From a virus (taxonomy: Duplodnaviria; Caudoviricetes), in the IMG/VR virus record IMGVR_UViG_3300032225_002032, positions 1-28,650 of that record: 28,650 nt of DNA; one strand, 5' to 3'. Shown piece by piece: positions 18,910 to 25,172 of the stretch (position 1 is the first letter of the stretch; every line of letters starts with the position of its first letter). Under the pieces are notes generated by a model, which worked only from the letters and a program-made list of their open reading frames with translations, was not told where the DNA came from and searched no databases. The position numbers and the translations under genes were made by a program.

Positions 18910-19025
18910 GATGATGCGCAATTTTGAAAAAACTACAAAAATTCTGAAAGCCGGGGCGGAGTAATGGGAAATATCAGTAGGTGGACAGGGGTTCACCATT
19001 TGTCCAAATCAGGATTTGCCCGTGA

Positions 19026-19283
19026 TTACTTCATCTTTGCCTTCGGTGATGGCAACGGTTCCGCATTGTTTTTTCGTTCAAGGGGCAGAGCCGTCCCCAT
19101 ATAGTCGAGCTTTATGTCCGGATACGAAAACCCGTGGGAGCGGACGAGATGCATTATGGCGATTCGGCACACATCGCCTTTGGAACATTTGGGCGCGTAT
19201 TCGGTGTAAAACGCCGCAAGCGCCGCCAATTCCTCGTCGGTTGCTTTAAAATTCAAGCCTTTGTTCGATCTGCCAGGGGACAT
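19026..19283 (-). CDS. Putative ribbon-helix-helix repressor
   Basis: GLNFKATDEELAALAAF...SKGDVCRIAIMHLV beta-helix-helix pattern; only convincing minus-strand gene; divergent from the early operon. Confidence 0.6.
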   Translation of the reverse strand: MSPGRSNKGLNFKATDEELAALAAFYTEYAPKCSKGDVCRIAIMHLVRSHGFSYPDIKLDYMGTALPLERKNNAEPLPSPKAKMK

Positions 19284-19321
19284 AATGTTTTTCCGTTGTT
19301 GAACCTGAATATTACTAGCAG

Positions 19322-19406
19322 ACGGACCGTGTATCTCTAAAGGAATTTTGGGAATTTTATCCAAAGTTCTGTTGCTGAACGGTAAATGCAAAGTTATCCT
19401 ACCGTT
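19322..19406. promoter_or_regulatory. Divergent promoter/operator region
   Basis: TTGCTG-17bp-TATCCT (19372-19400); inverted AACGGTA/TACCGTT; tandem GGAATTTT; AT-rich. Confidence 0.45.
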
Positions 19407-19455
19407 GTAGAACCAATAAACAACCAAGGAGAACCAGGTGGTAAAGCAGGCGGCT

Positions 19456-19686
19456 ATGGAAAACGATGCGTTTGTGCGCGCGTGGTGCGAGGCCCACAAA
19501 GAAGGGCTGGGCATCACCGAGTTGGCCGAGCGGTTGGGCATCGGCTATTGCGCGACCTATCGCCAGCACGATCGGCTTCGCAAGGCGGGCGTCGAGCTCC
19601 CTTGGCTGTTTGGTCAGCGCCCCAGGGTTTCCCACAAGGTCCGAATGCTCAACGAAATTGTCACGCAAATGAAAGGTGAAAAATGA
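19456..19686 (+). CDS. HTH DNA-binding protein (Cro-like position)
   Basis: GITELAERLGIGYCATY....RLRKAGVELP; alternative GTG start at 19438. Confidence 0.7.
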   Translation: MENDAFVRAWCEAHKEGLGITELAERLGIGYCATYRQHDRLRKAGVELPWLFGQRPRVSHKVRMLNEIVTQMKGEK

Positions 19687-20045
19687 AACAGGTGATCGCG
19701 GATCATTCGGCCCGTTGCGAACAGCTTTGGGCGCGCATTGGCAAAGGGGACTTGCTCAAAAGTCCCGAGGATATCGGCGGGGCGCTGGGCGTGGCCAGTT
19801 CGACCGTGCGCGACTGGATCAAGCGAAACGAGGTCGCCTTTGTCCGGATTGGTGGACGCCTTTACTCGACCCTTGACGCGGTCGTCGAAAGCTTGCGCGC
19901 CAACAGCCGGGCAGCCGAAGCCGAGCGGATGCGCAAAGTCGCCGCCGGAAATCAAAAACAGCTCGACATGACGGAAAGAAGGCTCGCGCACCAGGAGAGG
20001 ATGCGGGCTTTGGGTTTGGACAAAATGTCACTTACGGGGAATTAA
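19683..20045 (+). CDS. Excisionase-like HTH protein
   Basis: SPEDIGGALGVASSTVRDWIKRNEVAFVRIGGRLY. Confidence 0.7.
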   Translation: MKQVIADHSARCEQLWARIGKGDLLKSPEDIGGALGVASSTVRDWIKRNEVAFVRIGGRLYSTLDAVVESLRANSRAAEAERMRKVAAGNQKQLDMTERRLAHQERMRALGLDKMSLTGN

Positions 20046-20046
20046 G

Positions 20047-20250
20047 ATGCTTGTGCTATCACGGAAGGTTGGCGAGCGGATCAAGGTCGGCGAAAACATT
20101 TGGATCTCCATCGAGGAGGTCGACCGGGGCAAAGTCCGCGTCGGCATCGAAGCGCCCAAGGCTGTCCCGATTTTGCGGGAGGAGCTGAGCGCCTCGGCAT
20201 TGGACGAGGGGCCCGTCGAAACGGTTTGGGGTCGGGTCGAGATCGGGTGA
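20047..20250 (+). CDS. csrA: Carbon storage regulator CsrA/RsmA homolog
   Basis: MLVLSRKVGERIKVG...KVRVGIEAPKAVPILREEL. Confidence 0.95.
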   Translation: MLVLSRKVGERIKVGENIWISIEEVDRGKVRVGIEAPKAVPILREELSASALDEGPVETVWGRVEIG

Positions 20251-20253
20251 TTT

Positions 20254-20376
20254 GGCAGGAAGGGCATGGCTCGGTTGGGACTGGCATGGCGGGGCAGGGT
20301 TTGGCAGGCAGGGCCTGGCAAGGCCTGGCAGGGCGAGGCATGGCGGGGCGGGGCTAGGCAGGGCTAGGCAGGGTGA
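20254..20376 (+). repeat. GGY-NN pentamer array 1 (2 units, 9+14 pentamers); putative guide ncRNA
   Basis: Strict 5-nt period GGC/GGT/GGA + 2 variable nt; phase reset by GGCA at 20254 and 20303. Confidence 0.9.
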
Positions 20377-20420
20377 TAAGGCCAGATGGGGCGTACCGGG
20401 TTCGAATCCCGGCTTATCAG
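20374..20420 (+). ncRNA. tRNA-like minihelix (acceptor stem + T-arm) at the 3' end of array 1
   Basis: TGATAAG/CTTATCA 7-bp stem stacked on CCGGG-TTCGAAT-CCCGG; only 15 nt where D and anticodon arms would be. Confidence 0.7.
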
Positions 20421-20461
20421 ATCCCCAATTTGGGGAGTTTTCAAGCGACACAGGGGAAACC

Positions 20462-21037
20462 ATGAACATCAGGGTTACATTGCAAGGCACAAGTCCACTT
20501 CTCATGCACAATCCACAAATGGTGGATCCGGAATTCGAAATCAATAGGGAGATCAAGGCCCTTACTTCGAAACGGAAAAAGACCGATGAGGATCTGAAAA
20601 ATATTGCCCGGCTGGAATGGTATGGCGGGCTGTATCAAAGCGACGGCGTGATCGTCCAACCGACCGCCAAAGCCAGAAAATGTATTGTCAACACGGCCCG
20701 AATCAGCAAGCTCGGCAAGGCCGTCGAGCGGGCCATCAGTTTTTCCGATGTCTATGTTCCGCTGGTTTACCAGGGGCCAAAAACAATTGACGAAATCTGG
20801 AAGTCTGGCAACTTTGTCTCCCGGCTCTCGGTCGGAGTCAATGGAAAACGGATCATGCGGGTCCGCCCTTCGTTTTCCCCATGGGCCATGCAAATTGATG
20901 GCCTGTTTGTCGAGGATGCCGGTTTGAACTTTGACGAACTGGTCCGGGTTGTGGAGCTCGCCGGTCAGGTCGAAGGGATTGGGGATAATCGAATCAACGG
21001 CTATGGCCGCTTTACAGGAAAGGTAGTGCAACTTTGA
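20462..21037 (+). CDS. Stand-alone RAMP/Cas7-like protein (191 aa)
   Basis: N-terminal IRVTLQGTSPLLMH strand, RVRPSF..W, C-terminal Gly-rich loop GIGDNRINGYGRF; SD AGGGG. Confidence 0.75.
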   Translation: MNIRVTLQGTSPLLMHNPQMVDPEFEINREIKALTSKRKKTDEDLKNIARLEWYGGLYQSDGVIVQPTAKARKCIVNTARISKLGKAVERAISFSDVYVPLVYQGPKTIDEIWKSGNFVSRLSVGVNGKRIMRVRPSFSPWAMQIDGLFVEDAGLNFDELVRVVELAGQVEGIGDNRINGYGRFTGKVVQL

Positions 21038-21531
21038 TACGCCAAAATCGCTTTCGCAATACAAGAGCCTGTGGCAGGTCTGATTCTCAGGTGATCATTG
21101 ATCTGGTGCGCAACGCCGACCCAGGAAAGATTTTTACCTTTGACGAACTGACAACCGTTTTGGCCGAAGGGTCCGCACGGCCCTGGGATCTTGATGGCAT
21201 TCGCGCAGCCACCTCCCGGGCAACCTTTCGGCTTTCCAGGGAGACGCAGCGAGCCCTGGTCAGCGTGCGTGGAGTCGGCTACAAGGTGGCTCAGGCCAGC
21301 GAGCATACGATGGTCGCCAACGACCGCAAGCGCAAAGCGGATCGGCAACTCTCCAAAGGGTTGGCCGTCCTGCAAAATGTCAGGTGGGAGGAGATGGACG
21401 AGAACCAGCGCAATGCCCATCAGGGTCAACTCATGGTGATGAGCGCCATTGTCTCCCAACAAAAAAGTTTTGAGCGTCGTATGTCCCGGGTTGAAGACGC
21501 AATCAAAAAAGGTCTCCGACCTGCTGAATAG
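21034..21531 (+). CDS. Winged-helix-like/coiled-coil partner of the RAMP protein
   Basis: TTG start overlaps the RAMP stop; FTFDEL...RL....LVSVRGVGYKV resembles an OmpR-type wing. Confidence 0.6.
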   Translation: MIRQNRFRNTRACGRSDSQVIIDLVRNADPGKIFTFDELTTVLAEGSARPWDLDGIRAATSRATFRLSRETQRALVSVRGVGYKVAQASEHTMVANDRKRKADRQLSKGLAVLQNVRWEEMDENQRNAHQGQLMVMSAIVSQQKSFERRMSRVEDAIKKGLRPAE

Positions 21532-21840
21532 GCAGGCGCGGCTGGGCGAGGCTCGGCGAGGCGCGGCAGGGCCGGGCGAGGCGGGCGGGGCAGGGCGGGG
21601 CAAGGTTCGGCAGGGACTGGCGTGGCCGGGTTCGGCAGGGCATGGCTTTACTTGGCAGGCGGTGCAGGGCGTGGCGAGGAAGGACGGGGTTTTGCATGGT
21701 CAGGCAAGGTTTGGCAGGCACGGCACGGCCTGGCCGGGCCAGGCTAGGTACGGCAAGGCGTGGCTCGGCGAGGCTTGGCAGGGCAGGCAGGGCGTGGTTT
21801 GGCCAGGCATGGCAGGGCGTGGCGCGGCAAGGCAGGGTGT
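21531..21840 (+). repeat. GGY-NN pentamer array 2 (5 units: 9, 13, 11, 13, 11 pentamers); putative guide ncRNA
   Basis: Same 5-nt period; delimiters GGCA/GGCG at 21531, 21580, 21654, 21713, 21782; ends in a T tract. Confidence 0.9.
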
Positions 21841-21870
21841 TTTTTTGTTTCTATACAGGAGGTTTGATAT

Positions 21871-22542
21871 ATGAGTACGGAAATTATGGAAGTTGGGCAG
21901 GCGGGGCAATCGCCCAAGGAATTGATGAGGCTGTACGAGTCGAGGGCGGAATCGTGCCGGGAGATCATCCGGCAAACCGCCCAGAACATCGGGGGCCGGG
22001 ATCACATCCGGGTCGAGGGGTGGCAGGCATTGGCGGCGGTTTCCGGGTGCTCCGTCTCCGTCGCATTGGTCGAATCGGTCGAGGGGGGCGTGCGCTCGGT
22101 CGCCGAGGTCAAGCGTCAATCTGACGGGACCGTCCTTGCCTCGGCGGAGGGATTTGTTGGTGATGATGAAATGATGTGGCGCAAGCGGCCTTTGTTTGCG
22201 CGTCGGGCGATGGCCCAGACCCGGGCGACCAGTCGGGCCTGTCGGGTGGCGTTTTCGCATCTGGTCGTTTTGCTCAAGGATCCAAACCTTTCCACATGTC
22301 CGGCGGAGGAAATGGACACCGAGCCGCACGACCAGCCACCACCGCCGCCCGTGCGAAGTATTCAGGCGGGGCCCAGCAAGGAGGACTGGGAGAAAATTGC
22401 CGGGCTGATGCAGGCGACCGGCACGACCGGGGAAGACCTGGAAAGGAAGTTTGGGCCAGCAAGGCAGCTTAGCGCCGCAAAGGCCCGCGAGGTGATTATG
22501 TGGTTGCAAGCAATCGACAAGGAAAAGGAGAACGCGCGATGA
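21871..22542 (+). CDS. Putative single-strand annealing/recombination protein
   Basis: SD AGGAGG; VEGWQ, AMAQTRA.SRA.R and PAEEM motifs; early-region position. Confidence 0.5.
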   Translation: MSTEIMEVGQAGQSPKELMRLYESRAESCREIIRQTAQNIGGRDHIRVEGWQALAAVSGCSVSVALVESVEGGVRSVAEVKRQSDGTVLASAEGFVGDDEMMWRKRPLFARRAMAQTRATSRACRVAFSHLVVLLKDPNLSTCPAEEMDTEPHDQPPPPPVRSIQAGPSKEDWEKIAGLMQATGTTGEDLERKFGPARQLSAAKAREVIMWLQAIDKEKENAR

Positions 22543-22904
22543 GTGGCAATTGGCAAAAGGTGGATCCGCCAAAGATCCTGTTGGGGACGACCAACAAGGA
22601 TGGCAAGCTGCATGTGGAATATCGCAGCAAAGCCGGGAAACTGGGTGTTTATCTGTTGCTGCGGGATAGTGAGTTTGTTGACCGGGAATCCGGGGAAATC
22701 CGCAAAAGGTGTCTTTTGGGGTTTGTGGATGGCAGGAAGCTTCCCGATGGAAAAGATGGTTTTTGGGTGGACCGGTCCGTCGTGAACTTTGGCAAGGAAC
22801 AGGAAGAAACCGCACCCGCACCCAAGGCCGATTATTGGCCCAGGGCGATTCAGGATCCACAACCAGACACCGGAATCATCCAGGATGACGGGTTACCATT
22901 TTAG
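22539..22904 (+). CDS. Hypothetical protein with SSB-like acidic tail
   Basis: Ends QDDGLPF; beta-rich. Confidence 0.55.
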   Translation: MSGNWQKVDPPKILLGTTNKDGKLHVEYRSKAGKLGVYLLLRDSEFVDRESGEIRKRCLLGFVDGRKLPDGKDGFWVDRSVVNFGKEQEETAPAPKADYWPRAIQDPQPDTGIIQDDGLPF

Positions 22905-22946
22905 CAAAAAAAGGACATCAAAAGAGCGACACCAAAGGAGCGAAAT

Positions 22947-23306
22947 ATGGGGAGTTGGCGTGATCAGGACCGGGGCGCACGGTCTTTTTATTTCAGGGAG
23001 AGGCAGACCCACGAGCGCCTCGACAAACGGGATGCCGCCCTGCCACCTATTGGCGAGATCGATCCCGAATCGGGAAAGCTGGTCGTCGGGTACAGGAGCC
23101 GGGCGGGGAGACTGGGCAAGTATTTGTTACTAAGTGAGCGGCAGGTGGTTTACCAGGGTGAGCAAATTTCCTTTGTGACCCTGGGATTTATCGGTGGCAA
23201 GCCGATGTCCGATGGGAAAACGGGATTCGATGTGCGAGGCGACCAGATCCTTCGCAGCCCCGAGGAACCCGAAGCCCGAAGCGTTTTCGAGGAGGACAAC
23301 CCATGA
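22947..23306 (+). CDS. Hypothetical protein, paralog of 22539-22904
   Basis: SD AAGGAG; shares GKL.V.YRS.AG.LG.YLLL and LGF..G....DGK.GF.V. Confidence 0.7.
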   Translation: MGSWRDQDRGARSFYFRERQTHERLDKRDAALPPIGEIDPESGKLVVGYRSRAGRLGKYLLLSERQVVYQGEQISFVTLGFIGGKPMSDGKTGFDVRGDQILRSPEEPEARSVFEEDNP

Positions 23307-23518
23307 CCCAGGAACTGTTTGTGCGGGTGGGGGATCTGGTCCATTTGCCCAAGGGCGCGGCCCGATTCCTCGGCATGAAAAAAGGGAAACTGCATCTCCG
23401 GTTTTTTCCGGTGGATGGAACGGATGAGGCAAAGCGGGTGTCCGGATCTTTGGTTTGCCCGATCCCGCCAAGAGTGAAAACGGGGCCCGATCCGGTGGTC
23501 GGGCATTGGTCGGAATGA
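23303..23518 (+). CDS. Hypothetical protein
   Basis: SD GGAGG; ATGA overlap. Confidence 0.6.
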   Translation: MTQELFVRVGDLVHLPKGAARFLGMKKGKLHLRFFPVDGTDEAKRVSGSLVCPIPPRVKTGPDPVVGHWSE

Positions 23519-23534
23519 GGGGTAAGAAAGACAA

Positions 23535-24401
23535 ATGGGGGAGGCGAAAGTGAGCAGTTGGATTAAGTTTCGGACCAGCCTGATTAACCATCCAAAAGTT
23601 GTGCGCATTGCGTGCGCAATTTGTGCGCAAGATGTGCGCAGAATGTGCACAGCAATTGGCGCAATTGTGCAGACATGGGCCATGGCGGATGCCCACGCAG
23701 ATGGGGAATGTCTCCCTGGAATGTCTTTTGAAGCGCTCGATTTGCTCCTTGGACTGCCAGGATTTGCCAAAGCGATGGCCGAAGTTGGTTGGTTGGACGA
23801 GCGGGACGGATCGCTCTATCTCCCGAATTACCAAGAACATAACGGAAATACGGCCAAGCGTCGGGCGCAAAATAACACCCGCATGAAATCTGTGCGCAAA
23901 GTGTGCGCAAAGTGTGCGCAAGATGTGCGCAAGTGTGTGTGTAATTTGTGTACCAAGAGAGAGAGTAAGAATAAGAATAGTAATCCTAACGGATTACTCC
24001 CCCTAACCCCCACGAAGAAGTCGGCGAAGTTTGATCCTGTTGTCGACATCGAGGCACCGTTTGCATCCAAAGAATGGGCGGAGGCGTGGGCCAAATGGTG
24101 TGCGCATCGCTGTGAGCTCAGGAAGCCCCTGACCCGGCAGGCGACCGAATCGCAGCTTGCCGAGTTGGCCCGCATGGGTGAAGAGCGAGCCCTTGCCGCA
24201 ATCCATCACAGCCTGCGCGGAGGGTGGCAGGGGATCTTTGAGCCCAAGGCGGAGAAGCCCGAAGGATTCGGTGCGGGCTATGGTGTACGGCCCAGCGCCA
24301 CCGAACGGGCCGCCCAGACCGCCGAGCGCCTGATCAGCGGCAAATCCGCGATCGCCAACCAGATCTTTGCCGAACTGCAAGCGATGGAGATGGGCCAATG
24401 A
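23535..24401 (+). CDS. Phage replication initiator (replisome organizer-like)
   Basis: WIK....L..HPKV N-terminus, GF.KAM.EVGWL, C-terminal W..W..HR..LRKPLT...GWQGIF; internal iterons. Confidence 0.75.
   Translation: MGEAKVSSWIKFRTSLINHPKVVRIACAICAQDVRRMCTAIGAIVQTWAMADAHADGECLPGMSFEALDLLLGLPGFAKAMAEVGWLDERDGSLYLPNYQEHNGNTAKRRAQNNTRMKSVRKVCAKCAQDVRKCVCNLCTKRESKNKNSNPNGLLPLTPTKKSAKFDPVVDIEAPFASKEWAEAWAKWCAHRCELRKPLTRQATESQLAELARMGEERALAAIHHSLRGGWQGIFEPKAEKPEGFGAGYGVRPSATERAAQTAERLISGKSAIANQIFAELQAMEMGQ
23600..23673 (+). repeat. Iteron cluster 1 (11-bp period GTGCGCA)
   Basis: GTGCGCA at 23601, 23612, 23623, 23634; variants at 23645 and 23667. Confidence 0.8.
23891..23983 (+). repeat. Iteron cluster 2 plus purine/AT-rich tract; probable origin
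   Basis: GTGCGCAA at 23892, 23903, 23914, 23925, then AGAGAGAGTAAGAATAAGAATAGTAA. Confidence 0.8.
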
Positions 24402-24913
24402 AAACCTGGCACGAACGGCACACAGCCCTTTTTGGCGCGAAAATCTCTTCCGACATGGCCGAAGCCTGGACGGCGGTGTGGGCGGCCAAGGGGTATACCG
24501 ATGCCATCCTTTCGCAGGCGGTTTTGCGGATCGCCCAGCTTCCGATTGAAAAACGCCCACAATGGCCCACAGACCACATCGAAGCCGTCGAACGGCTCTC
24601 GGGTCAAATTTTGCTGGATCTCGCTTTGGCGGGGCGTTTGGGGGCCAAAGAATTGATGCTGGCGGGTGTAGTTGCTGATGAAAATGTCCGGTCGGCTCAG
24701 GCCGAGGCAAAAAAGAAGTGTGTAGGCTTTGCCGAATGGGACCGGGAAAAGGGTCTGCCCGAGGCAAAAAAATACCATCAGGCCAAGGCGGTTTTGGAAA
24801 AAATCAAAATTTTGTCCGGACCCGTTGCCATTGGGTGTAAGCCGGATACTAATTCTCAAACAATGGCGAAAGTCCATGAAATTTTGTCATCGGTTGGGGG
24901 AAGAATACAGTAG
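24398..24913 (+). CDS. Hypothetical protein (helicase-loader position)
   Basis: ATGA overlap with the initiator. Confidence 0.6.
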   Translation: MKTWHERHTALFGAKISSDMAEAWTAVWAAKGYTDAILSQAVLRIAQLPIEKRPQWPTDHIEAVERLSGQILLDLALAGRLGAKELMLAGVVADENVRSAQAEAKKKCVGFAEWDREKGLPEAKKYHQAKAVLEKIKILSGPVAIGCKPDTNSQTMAKVHEILSSVGGRIQ

Positions 24914-24941
24914 GGACCAATTGCCCGTAAAAGGGCCAGGA

Positions 24942-25153
24942 TCATCACGGGGCGCTGGTCGAGACATCCAGCGCCGCCGGGGTCGGGGCGAAAAACGACT
25001 CTGCACGCCACACGATCCACCAGATCGGAATCGGGCGGATTCCGAGCCCCGGCAACCGTGATGAGATCAAGCAACCTGTCCGCCTGGATTGAAGGTTTTT
25101 TTTCATTGAGTGTTCGGTGAAGACCAACAAGGTGAACGGCCAGGCGGGCAGGG
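24942..25153 (+). ncRNA. Candidate structured RNA upstream of dnaN
   Basis: Several nested 7-13 bp stems in a 259-bp intergenic gap. Confidence 0.45.
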
Positions 25154-25172
25154 TTTTTAAGGAGCGGATTGG

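Noticed and set aside
20374-20420. Complete tRNA gene
   Set aside because: Only 47 nt, with no anticodon arm
20028-20461. Gly/Arg/Ala- or Pro/Cys-rich ORFs over array 1, including the 70-aa extension of ORF 20252-21037
   Set aside because: Low-complexity products of a 5-nt repeat; a proper SD and ATG lie at 20462
20254-21840. Classical CRISPR array or simple microsatellite
   Set aside because: No 23-47 bp repeats with spacers; the variable positions are too diverse and position-specific for slippage
21449-22124. ORFs 21449-21874, 21642-22124 and minus-strand ORFs across array 2
   Set aside because: Open only because the pentamer repeat rarely yields stops; periodicity is 5, not 3
23535-23960. 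Zinc-finger CxxC motifs in the initiator
   Set aside because: The cysteines are a by-product of TGTGCGCA iterons read in rotating frames
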